64,000 bases of DNA from Pseudobdellovibrionaceae bacterium (GTDB lineage: Bacteria; Bdellovibrionota; Bdellovibrionia; Bdellovibrionales; UBA1609). The translations under genes were made by a program, and so were the position numbers. Location: assembly GCA_947444305.1 (NCBI GenBank), contig CANEZP010000005.1:103771-167770 (forward strand). Reading direction: 5' to 3'. Every line of letters starts with the position of its first letter. Position 1 is the stretch's first letter. Below the pieces are notes generated by a model. The model had not been told where the DNA came from. It ran no database searches and was given only the letters and a program-made list of their open reading frames with translations. This document shows, piece by piece, positions 55,016 through 64,000 of the stretch.

Positions 55016-55657
55016 TTATTTCTTCTTCGGTACTTTGCTCTCGTCGACCGTAATTTCCACTTCGACGCGGCGATTTTGGCTGCGACCTTCCGCGGTTTTG
55101 TTATCGCCGATGGGATTTTCGCGGCCCATGCCGACAATGTTCACGGTCGGTGCCGGAACGCCACCTTTTACGATCTCATCACGCACGGCGGAGGCGCGTT
55201 TTTCGGAGAGGATCTGGTTGCCCTGCACGGTGCCCGTGCTGTCGGTATACCCACGGATCGTCAGGACGTTCTCCGGATATTTTTTTAGGATAGCCGACAT
55301 TTCGGCCAGGTTGGTGACCGCGGCGGGCTTCAGCTCATACTTGCCCGTGTCGAATAAAATATCGCTCTTCAATTTAGATACGATTCCGTTTTCGGTGCGG
55401 CGGGTTTCGGCGACTTTTTCAAGTTCCTTCGCCTGTTTGTCCATGCGGAACCCGACGCCCGAACCCGTCGCGGCACCGATCGCCGCACCGATCGCGGCAC
55501 CTTGACCACGATTACCCGTCTGGTGACCGATGATCGCACCGGCGGCGGCACCCGCGGCCGCGCCGATTCCGGCGCCGTAAGCGGTGTTTTTACCGGCGGT
55601 CTCGCAACCGGCGGCGATGAAAGATAAAGCAAGAAGACTGATGATTTGAATACGCAT
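55016..55657 (-). CDS. OmpA-family lipoprotein with a glycine-zipper segment
   Basis: GGGAGA RBS. Lipobox FIAAGC. Glycine zipper GAGIGAAAGAAAGAIIG. OmpA_C motifs ILFDTGKYELK, GYTDSTG, SEKRASAV and NRRVEVEI. Confidence 0.85.
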   Translation of the reverse strand: MRIQIISLLALSFIAAGCETAGKNTAYGAGIGAAAGAAAGAIIGHQTGNRGQGAAIGAAIGAATGSGVGFRMDKQAKELEKVAETRRTENGIVSKLKSDILFDTGKYELKPAAVTNLAEMSAILKKYPENVLTIRGYTDSTGTVQGNQILSEKRASAVRDEIVKGGVPAPTVNIVGMGRENPIGDNKTAEGRSQNRRVEVEITVDESKVPKKK

Positions 55658-55752
55658 GATGATTCTCCCGGCATATAGCCTGGGAGCTATCATCCCGAAG
55701 CGCTCGGGCAAATTCAAGCTTCGATGCGCGCCGGGATCACGGCTACACCAGC

Positions 55753-57468
55753 TTACTTCGTCCAGCTGGGTTCAAGCGCGGCCCGCTGGGTGCGGCATAC
55801 CGGGCGGCGTGCCGTACGTACTTCGAGCCCACGGTCTAATTGCACGCGTGACCGGTCTTCGGGCCCGACGAATCGAATGCCTTCGGGAAAAAGATAAATG
55901 ACTTGATCATCATCCAAGTTGCTCAAGTTCAACGTCGCCATCACGCGCGGTTCTGCCACGATCGCGTAGCGCCCACCGGCGTTGACCAACGCCGCACCGT
56001 CTTGAATAAAACGACGGGCCGAAGCGAAAAGCTCATTAGCCGGTAAGGACTCGATGCAATCGGCGCGGTTCATCGCCACCTCGCTTCGTCCCTCGCCCGG
56101 GGCGGCCGGCCCACTTGCGCTCTCACGGCGTTCGGACGGAGCTCGCCGCTCAACCGGTGCACGTTGCGCGACCTGATCCGGCGCCGGGGCTTCGATCTTT
56201 TTGCGCGACAAAGGTTTCAGCGCGGCAAGCACGGCCTCGCGGGTTTTCTCGGTACCCGTGCCTAGACGGAGCACGCTTACCCCGGCGGCCATCGCGGCCG
56301 CGTTCGAAGAACCAAACGGCGAAGAGCCGTTATCCAAATTCACCAACGACTTAAGCAAAATATCCGGCTTCTTCAAAGCTTTCGAAGAACTGGTTTGAAG
56401 ATCATCGCTCGCGCCGATAACGATCACGTTTGCGTTATCCGCGGGCGGCAGTAAAGTTTCGTCGACGGTGGGATTATCTAAAACCACGCCGTTACCGAAG
56501 ATCGTAATCCGCAACTCATCCTGGCTCGCCGAAAAGTTTTTCGATTTCACCTTGGCTTTGATGTAGTAAGTCCCGGCGTCCAACTTCGTTTCGATCACTT
56601 CGCGCGGCAAAAGCGAAACGGCGTTGTTCGTGGGATCTTTCGCCAATCTCTGAACTTTTTCGCTTTGCGCTTTCACTTCGCCGCTCGCGTTGACGAGGTA
56701 GAGGTCGAGATCTTTATCGGTCCCGGTCTCGGTATCGTCTTTGAAGTCGTTCCACGCCATCAGAACTTTCAAAGTGCATTGCTCGGGCGCGGTCGTTTTG
56801 CATTCGATCTTCGCGCGTGACTCCAATTTACCTTTGGCATCTTTGAACTGCACCCACTCGTCTTGGCCTTCAACTTTTCCGTCGACCGGCGCTTTGCGGG
56901 TCGAGCGCCCGAAATTTCCCGCGGCGTTGATCCAGACGATTCCTGCTTCGGTCGCTTTCGTCACGGCCGCGTTGATGAAGCCTTTGCCGTCGCCGCTTCC
57001 GCCGAACTCCCACACTTGCGAGTACAAAACGATATCGAATTTATCGTTGATTACGGTTTCGATCGCGTCGTTGAGTTTGGTGTAGCCGACGGCGTTGAAT
57101 AAATGCAGTTCGTAGTTCGCGGCCGCGCCGCTCTCTTTAATTACGCCGGCTAAGATTTGTGCCATGACCACGCCGTGAAAGTTATCGGTCTTGTCCTCGT
57201 CGGCCGCGCTCTCTTTGCCGCTGTGATAAACGGTGTCCGCGGGTAAGGCTTTACCGATGGCGCTTTGGTACCCCGTCCAACCGTTATCTAAGATGGCCAC
57301 CTTGATCCGGCGCCGGAATTTTTTGTTTTCGAATTCGGATACTTTGAGATCGCGGGCAATGACCGCGTTGTTCTTTATCGTGGGAACGACAAAATCGGCC
57401 GCAAAGACCGAAGCGCTAAAGTTGAGGAGGAAAGCCTGAACAAAAAAAATGCGCCATGTTTTATACAT
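55753..57468 (-). CDS. Secreted subtilisin-like (S8) serine peptidase with an unknown C-terminal domain
   Basis: Signal peptide. Asp VAILDNG, His FHGVVMAQILAG, Asn INAAGNFG and Ser GSSNAAAMAAGV, in D-H-N-S order. The last ~170 aa are unassigned. Confidence 0.65.
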   Translation of the reverse strand: MYKTWRIFFVQAFLLNFSASVFAADFVVPTIKNNAVIARDLKVSEFENKKFRRRIKVAILDNGWTGYQSAIGKALPADTVYHSGKESAADEDKTDNFHGVVMAQILAGVIKESGAAANYELHLFNAVGYTKLNDAIETVINDKFDIVLYSQVWEFGGSGDGKGFINAAVTKATEAGIVWINAAGNFGRSTRKAPVDGKVEGQDEWVQFKDAKGKLESRAKIECKTTAPEQCTLKVLMAWNDFKDDTETGTDKDLDLYLVNASGEVKAQSEKVQRLAKDPTNNAVSLLPREVIETKLDAGTYYIKAKVKSKNFSASQDELRITIFGNGVVLDNPTVDETLLPPADNANVIVIGASDDLQTSSSKALKKPDILLKSLVNLDNGSSPFGSSNAAAMAAGVSVLRLGTGTEKTREAVLAALKPLSRKKIEAPAPDQVAQRAPVERRAPSERRESASGPAAPGEGRSEVAMNRADCIESLPANELFASARRFIQDGAALVNAGGRYAIVAEPRVMATLNLSNLDDDQVIYLFPEGIRFVGPEDRSRVQLDRGLEVRTARRPVCRTQRAALEPSWTK

Positions 57469-57545
57469 GACGCAGTTTTATACCAGACGGCAACCTTTCG
57501 GAAGACCGCCTGAATTAACAATAGGTATGCCTAAATACTAAACGA

Positions 57546-58109
57546 TTAGTAATCCCAACCGCAGTAGTCGTAGTTATAATCTTGATCTTGGTAGCTGTAG
57601 TACGAAGAGTATCTGTACGTGTTGTTGTAGTAGCTGTAGCTGGGATAGTAGCTGTCGTAACCACCGCCGTAGCCGCCGCCGTAACCGTAGTTGTTACCGT
57701 AGTAGCCGCCGTTGTAACCACCGCCGTAGCCGTAGCCACGTCCGTAACCGTATCCACCGCGGCCGTAACCGCCGTAGCCGGCGCCGTAAAGACCGAACGA
57801 CCATGAATCGGTCGACGTGCCCTTATCGAGTTCGTTGTTTTGGTTGAACGCGAGACCGCGAACTTGCGAGTTCAAAGCCATTTTTTCGAAAGCCTTGGTC
57901 GACAATTTTTGACCGGCGGCCAATTTGTTTTTCGAGTGAATGACGGCGATATCTTTAGGGTTTTTGAGCGAGCGGCGGATCACCACGGTCTGCGGAAGAT
58001 CTTGAGCTTTTTCGATTTGGAGAGCGGAGGGTTTTTGACCAACGTGGACGGGTCTAGCGACAGCGGCGCTGGCGCCTAAGAGAACTACGGCGAGCAATAG
58101 GTTTTTCAT
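57546..58109 (-). CDS. Secreted protein with an extreme Gly/Tyr-rich C-terminal low-complexity region
   Basis: Signal peptide MKNLLLAVVLLGASAAVA. An ordinary N-terminal region of ~100 aa is followed by ~80 aa of GYG/GGY/YY repeats. Confidence 0.65.
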   Translation of the reverse strand: MKNLLLAVVLLGASAAVARPVHVGQKPSALQIEKAQDLPQTVVIRRSLKNPKDIAVIHSKNKLAAGQKLSTKAFEKMALNSQVRGLAFNQNNELDKGTSTDSWSFGLYGAGYGGYGRGGYGYGRGYGYGGGYNGGYYGNNYGYGGGYGGGYDSYYPSYSYYNNTYRYSSYYSYQDQDYNYDYCGWDY

Positions 58110-58252
58110 AAAGGTCCTTCCTTAAAAAAGGGATGGGTTAAAATCTTGATGCGGAATAGCACTGCGTCGTAAACGGAGCAAATGGTTCCGGTTTACTGAG
58201 GTACCGCTTTGAAATTAAACAAGGCGAAAGGTAAATTTGGGACGTGAATCGG

Positions 58253-58924
58253 CTAATTAATTCCCTGGGGGAGAGCCGTCTTCGAGCTGATTTGAATAGA
58301 CGAAGTGAACGGCAGGTAGACGCCGACCAAACGATATTTGTTTTTCAGCAATAAGCTCTGCCCGCTGACCGGGTGCTTGTTGCAGTGATCGCTGCAGTAA
58401 AGATTAGGATTTACGCGGATTTCGACGTGGCCGTAGCGGTGGCTCGCGCCGCCGACGTAAACCATGACCGCGCCCAGCGGAGCGTTGAACTCGTTGTATT
58501 TCCAAATCAAATTCACGAAGCCCGCTTTTTCCATCATGCCTTTTTTATGCAGATTGTAGGCGTCTTCGACTAAATATTTACCGTCGATCCCGCTACGGAC
58601 GCAGGCGTCTTTGATCGCGGCGGCACACTTGCCTTTGCTGAGCGCGAAATTTTTGTCCTGGAAGATTCGGCATGAATTCCCGGCCTTAGCCCGGCGCACG
58701 CGCATGCGGCGGCGCTTGAAGTTGGCGAGCGGCCGGCACTTCGAAGCTTCGACCAGTATCTCTTCACGTAACTTGTTGCAGATGAAATCTTGGCAAACTT
58801 CGACGTCGGCGGCTTCTTCCTCGATCACTTGGTCCACGGGCCAATCCAACACCTCGGCGAAGGCAATGGAAGACAGGGAACCCAAGGTGAGAAGCCCGGA
58901 CAGGGCGAAGGTATATAGACGCAT
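58253..58924 (-). CDS. Secreted protein, possibly a papain-like (CHAP/NlpC-type) hydrolase
   Basis: Signal peptide ...LSSIAFA. A Cys-containing segment (KGKCAAAIKDAC) and a downstream GAVMVYVGG...YGHVEIRV have spacing reminiscent of CHAP Cys/His. Tentative. Confidence 0.45.
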   Translation of the reverse strand: MRLYTFALSGLLTLGSLSSIAFAEVLDWPVDQVIEEEAADVEVCQDFICNKLREEILVEASKCRPLANFKRRRMRVRRAKAGNSCRIFQDKNFALSKGKCAAAIKDACVRSGIDGKYLVEDAYNLHKKGMMEKAGFVNLIWKYNEFNAPLGAVMVYVGGASHRYGHVEIRVNPNLYCSDHCNKHPVSGQSLLLKNKYRLVGVYLPFTSSIQISSKTALPQGIN

Positions 58925-59120
58925 TGCTTACAGCTTATCCAAGAAACATGCCCAGGCCTACTTTTTAGTCTCCCAATGAGACGAAACCAGCCGAATCTCC
59001 GAGGAAAATTCGTCCCGGACCCGGGAGCGGGCCTGGACAAGACTAAAAAAATTTCAAGGTCCCTCCCCTTCCGCCGGTGAGCATGACACATCTCAAACAC
59101 TATAAATTTAAGGAGGGAAC

Positions 59121-60479
59121 ATGCGCGCGTTCCTCGCAATCTTAGCCCTATCGTTTTTCTATGCACCACCGTCTTCGGCCGACGAAGTTTACTCGATCCT
59201 GCAAGGCTCGACTTCGGACACGGTCACCCATTTTACGGTGGTCGCACCCGACAACGTGGAGTTGAAGTTTGAAGCCGTGGTCCGGGCTACGGACAAAGAT
59301 TCCGTTAAGGATCCGACGCAAGTGATCCAACCCGCGCGTGTCGAGCGATTACTTCATTCCGGCAGCCTTTGGGCCGTGTACCGTCTGAAGTTCGAAAATC
59401 TTCAGGCGAGCGAGCGATACGTACTGCGGACTTACCAAGACGGTGAACATCTCGTCGACGAACGTAACTTCAAAACGCTAATTATGAATACCGGTGCCGG
59501 CCGTATCGCCCTGCTCAGTTGCATGCTTCGCCAGTTTCATAATCCGTTCATGTGGAACAACTTAGCTAAGCCCGAAAATCGTCCCGACCTGATGCTATTC
59601 CTCGGCGATTCGGTTTATCTCGATCGCACACGGTTGCTCTTCGGACGGCTTCCCACGACCGAGCTCGAGGTGTGGGAACAATTCGTCAAACAGCGCAACA
59701 AGCTGAACGTTTTCTTCTGGAAAAATTTGGTTCCCATCGTCAGCGTTTGGGACGACCACGACTCGGGCGGCGATAACGTCAGTGCGAAATACGAACTCAT
59801 GCCGAAGATTCGCCCGATCTACGATACCTTTTTCGCGAATGAGGAAATTGCCGGCACCGTCGCGCACGGCCCGGGCCTCGCCAAACAGTTCGAAGCGTTC
59901 GGCAAGAATTTCGTCATGCTCGACGGGCGCAGCTTCCGCGACCTCGACGCCCAGTCGCCGCTGTTCGGTAAACTGCAGGAAGACTGGATGCTCGGGCAAA
60001 TTAAACCCGGCGCGAACATCATCCTCAGCGGTTCGCAGTTCTACGGCAAAGGTTTGAAGAAAGATTCGTTCGAATTCAATTGGCCCGAACAAGCCGCCGT
60101 CTTCACGACCCGCCTCGCCGCCGAAGGTGAAAAGCGCGACGCGAGTTTCGTGTTCGCCAGCGGTGACATTCATTTTTCGCAAATTCAAAACCTCGAGCCT
60201 GAACTGTTCGGCTACCCGACCGTTGAAATGACTTCGAGCTCGGTCCACTCGACGATCATTCCCGGCTACCATCGTGTGCTCCAACTATTCCGGCCCAATC
60301 CCCGCCACATCGCGGGCGTGAGCACGCACAATGTTTTGTTGATGGAGCTCGACAGCGCCATCCGCTCGTTCGAATTCAAAGTCCGTTCGCTCACGTGGCG
60401 CGGGAAACAACCGTTTGCGGAAGACATCACCGTCGGCGGTCCGTGCTTAAACTATTTAACAACGAAGAAGGTGCCTTAA
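59121..60479 (+). CDS. Secreted PhoD-like metallophosphatase
   Basis: AAGGAGGG RBS and signal peptide. Motifs LGDSVYLD, VWDDHD and SGDIHFSQ, in PhoD-like order. Confidence 0.65.
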   Translation: MRAFLAILALSFFYAPPSSADEVYSILQGSTSDTVTHFTVVAPDNVELKFEAVVRATDKDSVKDPTQVIQPARVERLLHSGSLWAVYRLKFENLQASERYVLRTYQDGEHLVDERNFKTLIMNTGAGRIALLSCMLRQFHNPFMWNNLAKPENRPDLMLFLGDSVYLDRTRLLFGRLPTTELEVWEQFVKQRNKLNVFFWKNLVPIVSVWDDHDSGGDNVSAKYELMPKIRPIYDTFFANEEIAGTVAHGPGLAKQFEAFGKNFVMLDGRSFRDLDAQSPLFGKLQEDWMLGQIKPGANIILSGSQFYGKGLKKDSFEFNWPEQAAVFTTRLAAEGEKRDASFVFASGDIHFSQIQNLEPELFGYPTVEMTSSSVHSTIIPGYHRVLQLFRPNPRHIAGVSTHNVLLMELDSAIRSFEFKVRSLTWRGKQPFAEDITVGGPCLNYLTTKKVP

Positions 60480-63283
60480 TGCGAAGTTTCGTCGGCTTTT
60501 TGTTTTTTGTTTGCTTGGGTTTCAATTCTTTCGGCGCCCTCGCGCTGCCAAAAATCACCGTCGAAAAAATCAACGGCTTCGAAGTGCACTTCGTCGACAT
60601 CGGCGCGGGCAACTCGGTCGGCGTCTCATTCCAAGTTCCGTTCGGCACGCTTCACGACTACGGCCGTTTCCTCGGGCGCGCGCATTTGCTTGAGCATTTG
60701 ATGCACGTCGGGACCTTAAAATATCCAGGGTACCACGCGTTTGATGAATTGCTCGAGCCCGCCGGTATCGTGAGCAATGCGGGCACCTGGTCTAACCGCA
60801 CGATGTATTACGCGAGCGCGAATGATTCGCAGACCGAACTTATCATCAAAGTTTTCTTGTCCATGCTCGGCGGTCTTGAACTTAATCCCGAGACGGTCGA
60901 AAAAGAGCGCGCGGTCGTAATCAACGAGATCGTTGAAGAAGGCATGCCCACGCAATCAACCGCGTTTGACGAAATGCCCTACGTTCAGCTCTTGCCCCCG
61001 GAGCACCCGTGGGCCCGCGCCAAATTGGGTGACCGCGAGATGCTAAAAGGTCTAAGCGTCCAAGATTTAGGCGATCTCTATAATCAGGTTTACCGGCCGG
61101 GCGTTGTGAAACTCGCTATTCACGGCAACTTTTCGCAACCCGGCTTTCTAGAGAAAGTCCGTGGCTGGATAGCCGAGAACGTGAAGGCCGCTCCGCAACA
61201 GAACGGCAAGACGGTTAAGCTAACAAAACAGGAAAAACTCGCTCCTGAGAACAATCTCGCCACTCGCGAAATTCCATCGCTCTTTTCGGAAAAGAGCATG
61301 GCACCGGAGAGCGAAAAACGCCTTTACATTCACAGTGAAGATTTCCATATCGGTCAAATCACGCTCGAGGCGGATTCAACTCAGTTCCCCGCCAACGTGC
61401 ATGCGATGTCGATGCTGAGCAATTATCTCGGCGTCGAGCTTCCGGGTAGCTTTATTCACAAGCTAAAGTATGAACTCGGCTGGATCACCGAGGCCTCGAT
61501 CTATTCCGTCAACGTCCGTGGGCGCGAACTTCTTAGCTTCAGTTACACGATGAGCGAGTCCGGCCGTGGCCGAGGCACGGAGATCAACGAAATTTTCTTC
61601 CGCGGCCTAAAGGATGCGCAAGAAACTTTCGTCAGTAACGACTTTTTAGAGCGAGCGAAACGCTCGCGTTCACACGCGATCGAAATCGCCTCGCGTTCGG
61701 TTCCCGCGTTCATGAACTTTTACGGCACGGTGCTAACGCAGGAGAAATCCTTTGCTGTGCAGATGGAAGATTTGTCGAAATTAACCGCGCAAGAGATTCG
61801 CAGCGTGGCCGCCCAGTTTAGCCCCGATCAAGCGCTTTACACCTTTGCCGGTCCCGAAGTTTCCGAAATGGATTTCGATGCGCTTTACAAACGTAAGTTC
61901 AAACTTGAGGACAATCGTGCCGATCTGAAGCGCTACATGACTATCATGCGCCAACCCGCCACGATTCATTTTACCCCCACGATCCGGCCCGTTGCCCTCG
62001 GCCAAGTGGACTCAAAACTAGAATCGGTGTTCGTACACACTAAACCGTTTGCGGACTTTGGCGAACGAATGGCGCTCGACCTGCGTTCAAACCTTCCCGA
62101 TACTTCCGCTTCGCTCGATTTGTATTTTAAGCCGGAGGGGCCCGCCGACCTTGTCGCGCTCGATTTGGTGTTGGGCGCTTTTATGGAGCGCTACGACTCA
62201 GAGCTAACTTATATGCATTCGGAGTACCTCGTCTCCCTGGCGGAAAGCCGCCTGGCCCAAAATTTGGTACTATCGGCTCACGGTAACGATGGTTACGCGC
62301 CCCGCGCTTTAGCTTGGAAGATTGACCGTCTCGCCGAATTTGTACCGACCGCCGGCGAGATCAAGCGTTCACGCGAACGTTACTCGGAAGAAAAGGTCGC
62401 GGCTTACGTAGATGCGTTTAGCGCGCAAGTGACGATGGGTTCATCTAAATTGCTCGTAGACCCGTTCAATGTCTCCGGCCTGGATGCCCGAAAGATCGCT
62501 CTTTCGCTTTCGGAAAACGAAGTGTTACAGAACTGGGCACGGCTCCGCAAGAAAGCCACCCGTCATTTAACCGCGGCGGGTCCGTTGAACCTGGCCGACG
62601 TGGGCCGCGTTCGAATCGCAAGCAATAATTTGATTTCCACGGCTTTAACACCTGGGGATTCGGCGCAACTCAAATCGCGCTTTGCTTGGAACGGCGAAGA
62701 GACCGAAGCGGTTCATAGACCTTTCGAGAAATCAAAAGGTGCCGATGCGCACGCCATTGTTCGTTACTACAAAGGCCCGGCCGTTTCGGAGATTAAAGAC
62801 GCAGTGGCCTTCCGCGCGCTCGGTTCCCTCATCGCGCAACGGATTTACATTCACAACCGCGGTGAACAGGAGCTGGGTTACATTCACAATGGCTCAACCA
62901 GTGTTCCTGACAAGCAACACGTTTACTTCGCCATGTACGGTGGGACCTCGGGCGCCGAAAACGCCGCAAAGATTTTGACCGGCTGGCAACATATCTTCCA
63001 GGAACTTGCCGACGGCACGACGACCGACAAGGAAATCCAAAACGCAATTTCCAGCGAAGCCAACGGACTCGCCCGTAAGAAAACCACGGCGAAAGAGTTG
63101 ATGTCAGCTTACCTTACCGGCCTGGATCTTCACCGCGACGCCCGCGCTTCGCGAGCTGAGCTGGCCGCGGTGAAAACTCTCACCCCCGCGGACGTGCGCG
63201 AAAGCGCGCGTAAATACCTTCTGGGCGCTGATACGCCGTACACTCAATTGACAATGTCGGGTTGCGAAGCGGATCTAAGATAG
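60479..63283 (+). CDS. Secreted M16 (pitrilysin/insulinase) family zinc peptidase
   Basis: The ATG overlaps the upstream stop (TAATG). Signal peptide MRSFVGFLFFVCLGFNSFGALA. Inverted zinc motif HLLEH, with ERAVVINEI downstream. Confidence 0.85.
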   Translation: MRSFVGFLFFVCLGFNSFGALALPKITVEKINGFEVHFVDIGAGNSVGVSFQVPFGTLHDYGRFLGRAHLLEHLMHVGTLKYPGYHAFDELLEPAGIVSNAGTWSNRTMYYASANDSQTELIIKVFLSMLGGLELNPETVEKERAVVINEIVEEGMPTQSTAFDEMPYVQLLPPEHPWARAKLGDREMLKGLSVQDLGDLYNQVYRPGVVKLAIHGNFSQPGFLEKVRGWIAENVKAAPQQNGKTVKLTKQEKLAPENNLATREIPSLFSEKSMAPESEKRLYIHSEDFHIGQITLEADSTQFPANVHAMSMLSNYLGVELPGSFIHKLKYELGWITEASIYSVNVRGRELLSFSYTMSESGRGRGTEINEIFFRGLKDAQETFVSNDFLERAKRSRSHAIEIASRSVPAFMNFYGTVLTQEKSFAVQMEDLSKLTAQEIRSVAAQFSPDQALYTFAGPEVSEMDFDALYKRKFKLEDNRADLKRYMTIMRQPATIHFTPTIRPVALGQVDSKLESVFVHTKPFADFGERMALDLRSNLPDTSASLDLYFKPEGPADLVALDLVLGAFMERYDSELTYMHSEYLVSLAESRLAQNLVLSAHGNDGYAPRALAWKIDRLAEFVPTAGEIKRSRERYSEEKVAAYVDAFSAQVTMGSSKLLVDPFNVSGLDARKIALSLSENEVLQNWARLRKKATRHLTAAGPLNLADVGRVRIASNNLISTALTPGDSAQLKSRFAWNGEETEAVHRPFEKSKGADAHAIVRYYKGPAVSEIKDAVAFRALGSLIAQRIYIHNRGEQELGYIHNGSTSVPDKQHVYFAMYGGTSGAENAAKILTGWQHIFQELADGTTTDKEIQNAISSEANGLARKKTTAKELMSAYLTGLDLHRDARASRAELAAVKTLTPADVRESARKYLLGADTPYTQLTMSGCEADLR

Positions 63284-63285
63284 TG

Positions 63286-64000
63286 ATGAAAGACGCGCTC
63301 TTGAAATCGGAATGGAACAAATGGTTGGCGGATCCCGGCAGCATCCGCCTCGTCGCGGTCGAGGCCGGTGACCTGCTTCGGCAATTGATCGTGCAGCAAG
63401 GTTTGCGCGGCTTAGCGCAGGGCGGGTACGCCGAAGCCGTGGTCGGATCACTTCTGATCGCGTCGCTGCACAAATCGAACGAAAGCATCAACATGAACGC
63501 GCAAGGTTCGGGGCTCTTTAAACAAGCCATCGTCGATGCTTCACCCGAGGGCCGCGTGCGTGGTTTCTTCGTTGAGCAGCTCGATGCCGAATTGCAAACC
63601 TACGGCATCGACGGCGACAACGGACCTTGGGGTTCGGGCGTCTTGTCGATTCTGTACACCAAAAACTTTGAAGGTAAGCAGCCCTACAAGGGCATGGTCG
63701 CCATCGCCACCGGTTACATGGACGAAGCGATTAACGATTATTACCGCGACAGCGAACAGTTGGTTTCGAAGGTCGGCTTGTACATTGAATTCGACGGCGA
63801 ACGCTTGATGCACGCGCGCGGCGCCTTAATCCAGGTTCTGGGCGGCGCCACCCCGGCCGAAGTCAAAGCGATCAATGAACTTAATATTGATCAAATGCGT
63901 GACCTCGCCTCGCTCGCGCACAAACCGGATGCGTTCTTGGCGCAAGGTAAAAAGTTATTAGGCGAACGCACGTTTCAGTTATTGGAACAACGGCCGCTGG
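63286..64000 (+). CDS. hslO: Hsp33 redox-regulated chaperone, N-terminal ~238 aa; 3' end outside the window
   Basis: This frame is not in the supplied ORF track because it runs off the window. My own translation gives AEAVVGSLLIASLHK, YKGMVAIATGYMDEAINDYYRDSEQLVSKVGLYI and ARGALIQVLGGA, colinear with E. coli HslO. Confidence 0.85.
   Translation, partial: MKDALLKSEWNKWLADPGSIRLVAVEAGDLLRQLIVQQGLRGLAQGGYAEAVVGSLLIASLHKSNESINMNAQGSGLFKQAIVDASPEGRVRGFFVEQLDAELQTYGIDGDNGPWGSGVLSILYTKNFEGKQPYKGMVAIATGYMDEAINDYYRDSEQLVSKVGLYIEFDGERLMHARGALIQVLGGATPAEVKAINELNIDQMRDLASLAHKPDAFLAQGKKLLGERTFQLLEQRPL

Noticed and set aside
57515-57806. T/A/V-rich ORFs in alternative frames of the Gly/Tyr repeat region
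   Set aside because: They are frame-shifted or antisense readings of the GTAGCC-type repeat. Only the 57546..58109 frame has a signal peptide and a non-repetitive N-terminal domain.
59595-60284. 229-aa antisense ORF within the PhoD-like gene
   Set aside because: The sense frame carries the ordered metallophosphatase motifs and a signal peptide. The antisense frame has none.
1-64000. Search for tRNA, rRNA, tmRNA, transposase, integrase, phage or toxin-antitoxin modules
   Set aside because: No intergenic gap contains tRNA-like T-arm or anticodon-arm patterns. No ORF shows DDE, tyrosine-recombinase, serine-recombinase or phage structural motifs that I can recognise. The window appears to be core chromosome rather than a mobile island.

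Overview
Gene-dense 64-kb chromosomal segment, moderately GC-rich by eye, with about 56 protein-coding genes on both strands. I found no rRNA, tRNA, CRISPR array, transposase, integrase or prophage module. Recognisable housekeeping genes: typA/bipA, an RRM-type RNA-binding protein, tsaC/sua5, folE plus a PTPS/QueD-family gene, an RluA-family pseudouridine synthase, mscL, a eukaryote-type NADP isocitrate dehydrogenase, dps, hslO (3' truncated at the window edge), a PLD/cardiolipin-synthase-like gene, and a complete four-gene ligase-associated DNA-damage-response cassette (exonuclease, ATP-dependent ligase, Lhr-like DEXH helicase, PdeM). Between these lie many signal-peptide or lipoprotein ORFs of unknown function and many envelope- or polymer-active enzymes: a NodB deacetylase, a PIG-L deacetylase, a NagB-like gene, two LAS/M15-type peptidases, a possible CHAP-like protein, S8 and M16 peptidases, a PhoD-like protein and other metallophosphoesterases, and two OmpA-family lipoproteins. 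This content, together with a TIGR02147/DUF4423-type regulator, is what I would expect from a Bdellovibrionota-like predatory bacterium; that is inference only. Best leads: (1) a 1426-aa secreted protein whose core is colinear with vertebrate CEMIP/TMEM2 hyaluronidase-family proteins, fused to three novel tandem repeats. (2) A lipoprotein with four thrombospondin type-1-like repeats plus a vWA domain, next to a TlpA-like thioredoxin lipoprotein. (3) An HExxH protein followed by two tandem paralogous secreted proteins with conserved cysteines. (4) A secreted three-gene cluster of unknowns with phosphatase-like motifs. (5) PdeM lacks any canonical start codon, and an A6G run lies exactly at the helicase/PdeM frame junction. 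(6) A 440-nt convergent intergenic region holds 15-16-nt tandem repeats and a perfect 22-bp inverted repeat. (7) A recurrent -35/-10 geometry places predicted transcription starts on the ATG of at least five genes, suggesting leaderless mRNAs. All functional calls rest on motifs read by eye; no database search was run.
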